Shown: one piece after another, positions 1-8,900 of the stretch
Position numbering within the stretch: position 1 is the first letter of the stretch
Layout: each line of letters opens with the position of its first letter
DNA from: Prasinococcaceae sp. CCMP 1430
Lineage: Eukaryota; Plantae; Prasinodermophyta
Direction of reading: 5' to 3'
Length of the DNA stretch: 64,000 nucleotides
NCBI GenBank assembly: GCA_013416795.1
Contig: RQSC01000022.1
Span: forward strand, 156,926 to 220,925
Position numbers and translations under genes: made by a program
The notes under the pieces: generated by a model
Told to the model about the DNA's origin: nothing
Database searches by the model: none
Seen by the model: the letters and a program-made list of their open reading frames with translations, nothing else

Positions 1-186
1 GCGTCGCGTCCGTCGTCGCCCGCGCGCGCGCCCAGGCCCGCCCGCGCGCGCGCAAAGTCTCCCGTTTCCGCTTCCGATACCGCTTCGCGTGTGTTTCCGT
101 TTCGGCGCGGTACGGATCGGCGCGCGCGCGCGCGCGCGCGCGTGGCGCGGATCGCCATCGAAACGCATTGGATTTTTTTTTAGATT

Positions 187-1328
187 TTGTCGCGAGAGGG
201 GGCGGAAGGGGGCGCGGCGACGGCGGCGGCGGCGGAGCGCGCGGGCGCTCGCGCGGTCGGGCGAGGAGGTGGACGCGCCTCCGCCGCCGGCGGAAGGCGC
301 ACGAGCGGGTGCAAGCGCGGACGCCGAGCTCCCGGCGTTGAGCGCCGGCACCCTCGAGGCGAATGCGGCCGCAAACGACTCCCCGGCGCGCCCGAGCGAC
401 GGGGGGGGCAACGGCAGTGCCACGCGCGCCTCGAGGGGAGGCGCCGACGCCGATGCCGACGATCCAGTGAGCACCGCCGATGCTGAGAGTGACGCTGCTG
501 TCGAGGCAGTGCTCGAGGACCTCCTGGCCTGTGCCGAGGCAGCGCTCGAGGAAGACCCGACAGCAACACAAGAGCAATTTAGCACGCGCGCACACGCGCA
601 CGCACACCCGCGCGCGCACAACAGAGCACAGTCGCAAACGCGCCATCCCCAGGTGGCGTATGACGCGGAGACGGGCACGCGCACGGCCTCGGAGGATGCC
701 TTGGACATCGACGACGACGCGAGGTATGGCGTCGGTGCCGCGATCAGCGCCGACGATCAGCTCGACGACGCCAGGCCCCCCAGCGGGCTGGCGGCTGTCG
801 TCCTATCGCGCGACGCGCTCCCCACCGCACTCGGTGAGAGTCTTGCGGACGAACCTGCTACGGACAAGGGAGGTCTGCGCGAGCACGCGCTCGCACTGGA
901 ATGCGCGCGCCCTCGCATGAACGCGAACGTGCTCGCGGGCCCGCACGCCACGGTTGAGGCGAGCTGCGCGGCGATGCGCTGGCGCAGGCTCGGGATGGTC
1001 AGCACCGCCGTCGCCAAGGCGTTTGGGATGGTGCGTCTGAACGCGCTCGCGTGCGCGCGTCCCCGCGACCTCATGAGATCGCCTGCGTGCGTGCGAGGGT
1101 GCCACGCGCGCGACGCCCCAACTCCCGGGCCCACGGGCGGTCGCCGGCTCGCTCACACGCGCCCGCGCGCACACGCACGCGGGCGCACACAGGCTGCTGT
1201 CATCGCGGGCACCGCGCTCGGTATCGACGCTCGGCACAACTCCGAGCAGGCGCGAGCCAGGCGTGCGGCCGCGAAGCGGCGCGCAGCCGCGGCGGCGGTG
1301 CGGCCGCCGCCGCCGTCCGAGGGCGCCG
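187..1328 (+). CDS. Hypothetical protein, 5' part (acidic, Ala-rich; probable intron ~1031-1190); truncated at a junction at 1328
   Basis: Open frame with coding-like composition (EEVDAPPP...GMVSTAVAKAFGM|AAVIAGTALGIDARHNSEQ); GTGCGT donor and CACAG acceptor. No family recognised. Start uncertain. Confidence 0.4.
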
Positions 1329-1595
1329 TCGCGCGCCTGCGCGGGGGCGGACGCGCCCGCGGACGGCGCGAGCATGGCAGTCGCTCCCATCCTCGGCGTG
1401 CGGTGCGTGTGTGTGCGTGTGTGTGTGTGTGTGTGCGTGTGTGTGTGTGTGGCCGCGCGGGCGCGTGCGCGCGTGCGTGTGCGCGCGAGTGGCGCGCACA
1501 CACGGCGCCACGCGTGCGCGCGTCCGATCCACTTTAGGGGTTTTACGGAGCCGCCAGCGTGTGCACGACACACGCGCGCGGTGACACGTCGAAAC

Positions 1596-1706
1596 GCATC
1601 GCACAAACGCACGTCAAAAATGCATCGCACAAACGCACGTCAAAAAGCACCGCAAAATGCACGTCAAAAAGCACCGCAAAATGCACGTCAAAATGCATCG
1701 TCAAAA
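1596..1706. repeat. Short tandem array of ~24-26 bp units containing GCACGTCAAAA
   Basis: gcatcgcacaaacgcacgtcaaaaa x2, gcaccgcaaaatgcacgtcaaaa(a) x2 and a degenerate fifth unit, read directly. Confidence 0.8.
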
Positions 1707-1712
1707 TTAGTA

Positions 1713-2167
1713 CGGGTCACATTCGTTCCAGCTCCCCCGCCTGCAAGAAACGCTCCCAGCACCCCCTTTGGGTTAGATTGTTTGAGGTTTATGGCCTTCG
1801 CCCTTCGGGCGAAGGCCAATTTGAATGGATTGTGAAACGCGATCCACATTAGAACATATATGTAGACCCTTTATATAATTTTGAATGAATCGATGAATAT
1901 TTTTTTTCCCAAGTCTACTTCAAATGAATGGAGAAGGGGGGGGGAGCCGGATTGTATGCGGGGGGTGCTGGAGCGAATGTTCGGGGGGTGCTGGTTCGTG
2001 AGCTCGTGATATAGAAAATGCATGGTGCGCTGAAATCCCTTCGCAATGCATTTGATGGAGATGCAGTACAAAATGCACCGACGCTTCTTGGCATGGTTTC
2101 TATATACATCACTTTGCATGCTGGGGGGGGGAGCCAGCTGGGGGAGAGCTGGAACGTATCCGTCCCG
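1713..2167. mobile_element. Candidate MITE/fold-back element with imperfect terminal inverted repeats and an internal perfect hairpin
   Basis: 1713-1734 cgggtcacattcgttccagctc vs reverse complement of 2146-2167 cgggacggatacgttccagctc (18/22). AT-richer interior. 12-bp perfect stem at 1792-1803/1807-1818. No clear TSD. Confidence 0.35.
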
Positions 2168-2766
2168 CTTCGCCTCCCGTGGGTACGTTTGATACAGTTA
2201 TGAAAGCCTCATCGATGCGCTGCGGTGCCTGCCGTTGTGGCGTTGGTGGCGGGCGTTGGAGGGAACGCGGTCGTTGGGGGAACGCGGGGCGTCGGCAGGC
2301 GCACGGGGGAGTGCCTCCTCCCCCCCTCACCTCCCCCCTCACCTCCCCCCTCACACATCCTCCCTCACATCCCCCCCTCCACTGCGACACTGCTGGCAGG
2401 AGCGGGCAGGAGGGGCGGGCAGGAGGGGCGGAGGAGCAAGGTGGGGGGCAAGCCTCGAGGGAAGAGGGCCTGCGCAAGCAGGTGTGCGGCGCGCTCGCAT
2501 CCGCGCTCGCATCCCCCCTCACGTCCCCCCACCCCCAAATGCGACGCCGCTGGCGGGAGTGGGGAGGAGGGGCTGGGGAGGGGGCGGAGGGAGAGAGGGG
2601 GAGGTGATGTGGAGGTAGGGGGGCGCGCGAGCACGCGTGCGGCAGGCGGGTGAGGGCGGGAGGGTGCGTGCCCAGCCGCCGGCACACGGCGAGAGAGCTC
2701 CGGTGCCTCCGGGGAGGCGGTCGGCGGGCCGCCAGTGCGCGCGCGGCGCGCGCGCCGCGCGTTCGN

Positions 2767-3639
2767 GCAGCGCTCGAGGAAGACCCGACAGCAACACAAG
2801 AGCAATTTAGCACGCGCGCACACGCGCACGCACACCCGCGCGCGCACAACAGAGCACAGTCGCAAACGCGCCATCCCCAGGTGGCGTATGACGCGGAGAC
2901 GGGCACGCGCACGGCCTCGGAGGATGCCTTGGACATCGACGACGACGCGAGGTATGGCGTCGGTGCCGCGATCAGCGCCGACGATCAGCTCGACGACGCC
3001 AGGCCCCCCAGCGGGCTGGCGGCTGTCGTCCTATCGCGCGACGCGCTCCCCACCGCACTCGGTGAGAGTCTTGCGGACGAACCTGCTACGGACAAGGGAG
3101 GTCTGCGCGAGCACGCGCTCGCACTGGAATGCGCGCGCCCTCGCATGAACGCGAACGTGCTCGCGGGCCCGCACGCCACGGTTGAGGCGAGCTGCGCGGC
3201 GATGCGCTGGCGCAGGCTCGGGATGGTCAGCACCGCCGTCGCCAAGGCGTTTGGGATGGTGCGTCTGAACGCGCTCGCGTGCGCGCGTCCCCGCGACCTC
3301 ATGAGATCGCCTGCGTGCGTGCGAGGGTGCCACGCGCGCGACGCCCCAACTCCCGGGCCCACGGGCGGTCGCCGGCTCGCTCACACGCGCCCGCGCGCAC
3401 ACGCACGCGGGCGCACACAGGCTGCTGTCATCGCGGGCACCGCGCTCGGTATCGACGCTCGGCACAACTCCGAGCAGGCGCGAGCCAGGCGTGCGGCCGC
3501 GAAGCGGCGCGCAGCCGCGGCGGCGGTGCGGCCGCCGCCGCCGTCCGAGGGCGCCGCGGCCGCCACGCGCCTAACGCGCGCGCAGCTGCGCGCGCACGAC
3601 GCCGGGCTCGCACTCAGGCGCATGGAGCTGGCATTGTGA
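2767..3639 (+). CDS. Second copy of the same hypothetical gene, 3' part ending ...RAHDAGLALRRMELAL*
   Basis: 2767-3556 matches 539-1328 (offset 2228), begins right after a single N at 2766 and continues to TGA at 3637-3639. Confidence 0.45.
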   Translation, partial: AALEEDPTATQEQFSTRAHAHAHPRAHNRAQSQTRHPQVAYDAETGTRTASEDALDIDDDARYGVGAAISADDQLDDARPPSGLAAVVLSRDALPTALGESLADEPATDKGGLREHALALECARPRMNANVLAGPHATVEASCAAMRWRRLGMVSTAVAKAFGMVRLNALACARPRDLMRSPACVRGCHARDAPTPGPTGGRRLAHTRPRAHARGRTQAAVIAGTALGIDARHNSEQARARRAAAKRRAAAAAVRPPPPSEGAAAATRLTRAQLRAHDAGLALRRMELAL

Positions 3640-3703
3640 GGCAGCGAGGGCGCTTGCACCGGCGCATGGCTCACGCTGTGTAGTTCATGTACAAATATTA
3701 TGT

Positions 3704-6232
3704 CTACATCAGGTCATAGCAGCCCGCAGCCTTGAGCGCTGGGTAGAGGCGACTGTACACCTCGTAGCGGTCGGCAGCCGCAGCCGACGCCTCGGGCGTC
3801 GGCTCGAAGATGGCTTCCGCCGAGTCCTCGGAGGAGCAATCAGCTGCGCCGGCGACGAACCGCGCGAGCGCCTGTGCGTCCCGAACGTCCAGCGCGCCGG
3901 TGGAGGACAAAGCGAGCGCCGCAGCGCCGCGAGCAGCCGCGCCGTCGGCGTCGGGCACAGCTCGCACGCGCACGCCCAGTGTGTCAGCGATCATCTGTGT
4001 CCACAGCGCCGATCGCGCGCCACCGCCGAGCAGCGGGAGCTCCGCGGAGCCATCCGTGGCCAGCGGGGCGCCGTCGGTCGAGCCGAGGCACTCCAGCAAC
4101 GAGCGGTAGCCGAGCGCGACCTGTGTTGTCATGCGTGCGGCACCGTGCGAGAGTGTCAGCACCGCCCAGCGTGCATCGCCGAGGACGCACCAAGGGCATC
4201 CTGAGATGTCAGCACTCTTTTTGGAAAGGCAGACGCAGCGCATCCGCTGCGGCGCGACAGGGCGACGCACCCCCTCGAGCGTCGCCCGCGCGAATTCCGG
4301 CTGCCCGTGTGCAGCGCTCACATTTAGGAACGCGCCGCGCGCGCTGGCGTCCAGGAACGGCGAGCGCTCGCCGGCGATGTGCGGCATGAAGAGCAAACCG
4401 CCGCACCCTGGCGCAGCCCTCGCCGCCAGGGCGTCGAGCTCCTGCAGCGATACGCCGCCGAGGACGTTCTCAGCCGCCCACGTCGCGCAGCCGCCCGCAG
4501 TGGTCATGGACGCGGCCATGATGCTGGTCCCCTCCAACGGGTGCAGCACGTCGAAGATGCCCTCCCCCGAGGTCGCCGCGTCTGAGGATCCGCCGTCACG
4601 GGTCGATGGCCTGCTCGAGGCCAGCCATCCGGAGGTGCCTAGGTAGGCGTACGTCGCGGCGCCGGCGCCCAGCGTTGTGGCGCCGAGGTCGCCGCAGCCG
4701 TGCACAAGCGTCGCGCCCTCGAGCGCCCGAGGAAGCCCGAGCCTCTCGACGACGCTGGCAGTTACCTGGCCGAGGACCTCGTCGGCCGCGGCCAGGCGCG
4801 GCAGCAGGCGCGGGTCGAGGCCGAGCGCCTCGACGGCCCACGGCGCGAAGGCCCCCGTGCGCGCATCCAGCAGGCCGGTCGTCGCCGCCGTCGTCCTGTC
4901 ACACACACGCGCGTCGCCACCGGAGAGCGCCCACGCGAGGTAGGAGTGTGCGCCCAGCAGCAGCCCGTCGGCGCGAGCGAGCGCGTCTGGCTCGCACTCG
5001 GCCAGCCACAGCCACTTCGCGAGACACGACGCGGCGCCCTTGTAGTTGGCCAGGTCGGCGACGCGCGTGCCGAGGGCGTCCTCCACCGCAGACGCTTGCG
5101 CGGCAGCTCGAGCGTCAGAGTAGAGCAGCGCCCACTCGCGGACGAGGCGGTTCGCGCCGATGGCGACGACGTCCTGCATCTGGCCGCTGCACACAACCGC
5201 GGTCACGTCGACGCCGTCACCTTCTCCGAGGCAGCGATGGCACGCCGCAGCCAGCGCCTCCAGCCAATCGTCAGGTCGCTGCTCGACGCGCGCGCCGGGC
5301 CGGGCGCGCGTCCCGCGCGCATACGTCGCGGACGCGCGCGCGATGACCGCGCCGTCGGGCGCCACGAGCGCAGCCTTGAGCGCGGTGGTGCCCGCGTCCA
5401 CCGCGAGCACGCACGCGCTCGCGCGCACACACACGCGCGCGCGCAGCTGGTCGGCCTCGTGACGAAGCTCGTGTCGGTGCTTCGCAAGTTTCCCCCCTCG
5501 GACGCCTTCCGCGCCGACCTCACCAGCAAGCTGCTGCGCAAGCTGTACGAGAACGGNCGGCGACGGCGGCGGCTGGCTCTCGGCGCTGTCGTCGGCGCCG
5601 GCGGCGCTCGCGCGGCTGCCGCAGGAGGCCGTGTACCGCACGATGCGTGAGATGAGCCTCTCGTTGGGGATGGGCGTCTTCCTAGGCGCCGCGGCGACGA
5701 CGGGCGCCGCGGCGGGCGTCATCACGTGGTACCTGGCCAACGAGGCCGTGCTGAAGCGCCTCTCGCGGCACGCGGTCAAGACGGTCATCAGCGCACGTGA
5801 CGCTGCTGTCAAGACGCCCGAGGGCGCCGCGCTCGCGCGCCTCATAACGGGCCTCACCGCTGCCGAGGAGGGAGGCGCCGACGCGACGGATGGCGCCGAA
5901 GAGCTCGGCGCCCAGGACGAGGGCCGCAGCCCGCGGTCGCTCCCGGGAGTTGTGGGAGCGCTCACACGAGCAGGCGGCGCGCGCTCACGAGCAGGCACGG
6001 TGCCTCGCGAGCCCCCTCCCGACACGAGCGCGCTCGAGGCTCGCGTTGCGGAGCTGGAGCGCGCGCGCGAGGCGCGCCTCGAGGCGCTCGAGCGCGTGCA
6101 CGCGCTCGAGGCGCGCGTGGCGGACCTCGAGCGCCTGAGCGCGGCCGCCGCGGTGCCGTCCGTGCGCGTCGCGCGCGCCGCGCGCGCGCTCGCGCCCGCC
6201 CAACTCCTTGCGCCGCACTCGCGACCCTCCAT
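3704..6232 (-). CDS. FGGY-family carbohydrate kinase (xylulokinase-like); intron 4270-4121; 5425-6184 appears to be foreign sequence wedged into exon 1
   Basis: VLAVDAGTTALKA phosphate loop, SGQMQ, GCGD, YLGTSGW, PHIAGERSPF and GGGARSALWTQMIAD motifs. The probable start MEGRECGARSWAGASA (ATG 6232) joins in frame to CVLAVDAG across an 11-bp direct repeat. Confidence 0.85.
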   Translation of the reverse strand: MEGRECGARSWAGASARAARATRTDGTAAAALRRSRSATRASSACTRSSASRRASRARSSSATRASSALVSGGGSRGTVPARERAPPARVSAPTTPGSDRGLRPSSWAPSSSAPSVASAPPSSAAVRPVMRRASAAPSGVLTAASRALMTVLTACRERRFSTASLARYHVMTPAAAPVVAAAPRKTPIPNERLISRIVRYTASCGSRASAAGADDSAESQPPPSPXVLVQLAQQLAGEVGAEGVRGGKLAKHRHELRHEADQLRARVCVRASACVLAVDAGTTALKAALVAPDGAVIARASATYARGTRARPGARVEQRPDDWLEALAAACHRCLGEGDGVDVTAVVCSGQMQDVVAIGANRLVREWALLYSDARAAAQASAVEDALGTRVADLANYKGAASCLAKWLWLAECEPDALARADGLLLGAHSYLAWALSGGDARVCDRTTAATTGLLDARTGAFAPWAVEALGLDPRLLPRLAAADEVLGQVTASVVERLGLPRALEGATLVHGCGDLGATTLGAGAATYAYLGTSGWLASSRPSTRDGGSSDAATSGEGIFDVLHPLEGTSIMAASMTTAGGCATWAAENVLGGVSLQELDALAARAAPGCGGLLFMPHIAGERSPFLDASARGAFLNVSAAHGQPEFARATLEGVRRPVAPQRMRCVCLSKKSADISGCPWCVLGDARWAVLTLSHGAARMTTQVALGYRSLLECLGSTDGAPLATDGSAELPLLGGGARSALWTQMIADTLGVRVRAVPDADGAAARGAAALALSSTGALDVRDAQALARFVAGAADCSSEDSAEAIFEPTPEASAAAADRYEVYSRLYPALKAAGCYDLM
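5447..5556 (+). other. IMP3: Isolated exon fragment of U3 snoRNP protein IMP3 (misplaced)
   Basis: LVGLVTKLVSVLRKFPPSDAFRADLTSKLLRKLYENG fits the IMP3 pattern V.KL...L....P.D.FR...T..LL.KLY..G. It is preceded by a GCAG acceptor and ends at the N at 5557. Confidence 0.7.
5558..6184 (+). CDS. Fragment of a hypothetical protein with one hydrophobic helix and a coiled coil (probably misplaced)
   Basis: SLSLGMGVFLGAAATTGAAAGVITWYLANE hydrophobic segment; LEARVAELERAREARLEALERVHALEARVADLERL heptads; no own start or stop. Confidence 0.35.
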
Positions 6233-6734
6233 CGCGTGCCCCGCGGCATCCACCGTGGCCTCCTCCCAGGCCCTCGCCGCCAGCTCCAGCTCCCCAGCTC
6301 CAGCTCCAGCTCCGGCTGCAGCTCCAGCTCACGCTCGATATGATCTCCCGTGGGTATTCTTGACCCCTTCCGAAACTTCGTACCGACACGCCGACACATT
6401 GGGGTTACTCCATTTTTATCTCGTATTTATATATTCATTTCGCAGACCCTTTTATCATGGAGGTTTAGGTTCGGGATTTGGGTTCGGAGCCGTTCCCCGA
6501 GCCGCCGCCGGCGGCGCGGCGGGCGGGGCAGCCGGGGACGCCGGGGAGGGAGCGGGGAGCGAGGGGGAGGGAGGGGCACGGGCCGCAGGATGCGCGGCGG
6601 CATGCCGTGGGCATGCCGTAGATCCACGTGGAAGTGGGGGTGGAGGAAGGAGAGGGGCACGCGCGGTGGTGCGGCCACACAGCCACCGGCCGGGCGCGCA
6701 CCGGCGTGGGGCGCGCCCCGCGATCGCTCGCGCG

Positions 6735-7787
6735 ATGGCGGACGTCGAGCTCTCGGCGATGACGTCCGTCGCGGCGGGCGGTGGCGCGGGCGGCGGCGAA
6801 GGCGAGGCGGAGGTGGCGTCGGCCGTGGACGTGGCGTCGCTCGTCGCGGGAGGCATGGGTGAGACCGTGCGCGTGCCGGTGCGCCGCGGCGGTGGGGGCA
6901 ACTGCGTGTGCGTGACCGTCTCGGGCGACGCGTCGCTGCCGTACTCGCTCGTCACCTACGCCGACGTGTGCACCGGCCACGAGGAGTGCTTCGGCTCGCT
7001 CACCCTGTGCGTAGGCAAGGGCAGCCTGCTGCGGAAGCACGCGCGCGTCTACCACATCGATCCACCGGGCCACGGCGCCGATGCCGACGCCGACACTGAC
7101 GGCTCGACCTCGTACAGCCTGGAAGATCTCGCGGGCGACGTCGCGGACGTAGTGGACCACTTCGGCATCAAGTCCAACGTGCTGCTGCTGGGCGCCGGCG
7201 CGGGGGCGCACGTGCTGGCCGTGTGGGCAACGCACACTCGAACCCCGCGCAACCTCGTGCTTGGCGGGCTGTTCCTGTCGCCCGCCGCAAAGAAGTGCAG
7301 CTGGTCGGAGTGGGCGTGGGCGACGGCGGCAGTGTCCACGCTCAGGAGCCTGCTGCCCGGCGTGGGAGGCTGGCAGCCGTGGCTGGTCGACTCGGTGCTC
7401 AAACGATGGTTCTCCGCGCGCGCGCGCGGCATCGTGTCGCGCACGGACCTCGCGCGTGGCGCCGCGCAGCGCATGACCGCGCTGCGACCGGCCGCCGCCG
7501 CCGCGTACATCTCGGCGCTCGCGCGGCGCGAGGACATCACCGCCAGACTGAAGAACTTCAGGGGCCGCGCGGTGGTGGTCGCTGGCAGCGGATGCTACGA
7601 CGGCGGGCAGACCGAGGCACTCGATTTCCGCGCCGCGTGCGCGCCGCAGCGCTCGGTGTGGATCGAGGTGGAGGGCTCGGGCGCGCTGGTGAGCGAGGAG
7701 CGCCCCGACGCGCTGCTGCGCCCGCTGCACCTTTTCTTGCAGGCGGTGGGAGTGATCGATCCGGGCGTGCCCATGCCTGCATGCTAG
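6735..7787 (+). CDS. NDL: NDRG/NDL (N-MYC downregulated-like) alpha/beta-hydrolase-fold protein
   Basis: LVTYADV, YHIDPPGH, SLEDLA, GAGAGAHVL, LSP...SWSEW and EVEGSGALVSEERP match plant NDL blocks. ATG 6735 follows an AT-rich spacer. The longer ORF from 5631 in the track is a spurious read-through. Confidence 0.85.
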   Translation: MADVELSAMTSVAAGGGAGGGEGEAEVASAVDVASLVAGGMGETVRVPVRRGGGGNCVCVTVSGDASLPYSLVTYADVCTGHEECFGSLTLCVGKGSLLRKHARVYHIDPPGHGADADADTDGSTSYSLEDLAGDVADVVDHFGIKSNVLLLGAGAGAHVLAVWATHTRTPRNLVLGGLFLSPAAKKCSWSEWAWATAAVSTLRSLLPGVGGWQPWLVDSVLKRWFSARARGIVSRTDLARGAAQRMTALRPAAAAAYISALARREDITARLKNFRGRAVVVAGSGCYDGGQTEALDFRAACAPQRSVWIEVEGSGALVSEERPDALLRPLHLFLQAVGVIDPGVPMPAC

Positions 7788-8040
7788 GGATGAGCGGCAC
7801 GATGCGCACACGCGCTCGAGCCCCCAGCCACGCGAGCAGTGACCGTGCGTGCGTGCGCGCGCACGCGACGAGGCAGAAGCGGTAGATAGCACACGCGCCA
7901 CCCACCGGCGACATCCGGTCGTAAGAGGAGGGTGGACACAACCTGCGCGCGCGCGCCGGCAAGGCCGCGGCGCTGTCACTCGCCGCGCCCGCGCAGCTTG
8001 CCGGGCAGCCGCGTGGGATCGGTTCGTGCGCATCCACGCG

Positions 8041-8900
8041 TCATCGTTTACTCGGGAGCAGGAAGAAGAACGACTCCTGCCCGACCTGCACGAGGTCGCG
8101 AGACTTGAGCTCAACGGGCGGCATCTCGGGGGTGACCAGCATGCTTCGGGGGCGTGCACACGCGGCGCGTGGGCGCGACGGACGCGTCAGCGTCGCGCGT
8201 GCATGTCTCGCGGCACCTGTTTCCACGTGCACGCGCGAGCGCGAGCAACCGCGCGCGCACAAGCACGCGCGCACGCCAGCCACTCGCGAGCGGACGCACC
8301 CCTTGACGAAGGCCCCGTTCTTGCCTAGCACCTGCAGCTCGAATCGCGCGCGCTCGAAGCTGTAGCGGATGACCGCGTGCTTTCGCGACACGTTCATCTG
8401 GTCGCCGAGGTCGACGTCCGCCGACTCGCGCTTCGACCTGCGGCCGAGCGAGACCTGAGAGAGCGCGCGCACACAGGCGAGCGCGACGGTGAGGGTTGTG
8501 GGTGAGCGCGAGGGCGAGGCAAGACCCCAGGGCGCGGGCCAGCGCGCCGGCCGGAAGGCCCTCCCTTCTCTTCGCGGCGCGCAACGACACACGACCGCCG
8601 CGCGTCGTGCCGGGCGCCGGTGCCTGGGCCACAGACGCAGCGCGCTCGGAGCGCGCGCGGGCGCCAGACAGCGGAGGACGAGAAGAGCGGGGGAGGAAGG
8701 GGCGCCTCGGCGCGCATGCCCTCGCCGCGTGGCGCGGCCGGCGCCGCGCCAGCCGAGGCTGCACTGCGCGGCGCAGGGACGCGAAGCAAAGGCGCGCGCG
8801 CCGCCCTCACCTCGTACGACTTCATGTAGTAGGCGCGGTCCTCGAACTGCAGCTTGGCGAACCCGAAGTTGTCGCCGACGGAGGGCGCGATGGTGGTCAT
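8041..8900 (-). CDS. FHA2: FHA-domain protein, plant FHA2-like; exons 8900-8811, 8454-8300, 8143-8041
   Basis: GFAKLQFEDRAYYMKSYE|VSLGRRSK...VDLGDQMNVSRKHAVIRYSFERARFELQVLGKNGAFVKG|MLV...LKSRDLVQVGQESFFFLLP. Splice phases add up to an intact frame. Confidence 0.85.

Noticed and set aside
5631-7787. 718-aa ORF suggesting a membrane/coiled-coil-NDL fusion
   Set aside because: Reads through an AT-rich promoter spacer; the 5' piece is a misplaced fragment and NDL starts at 6735.
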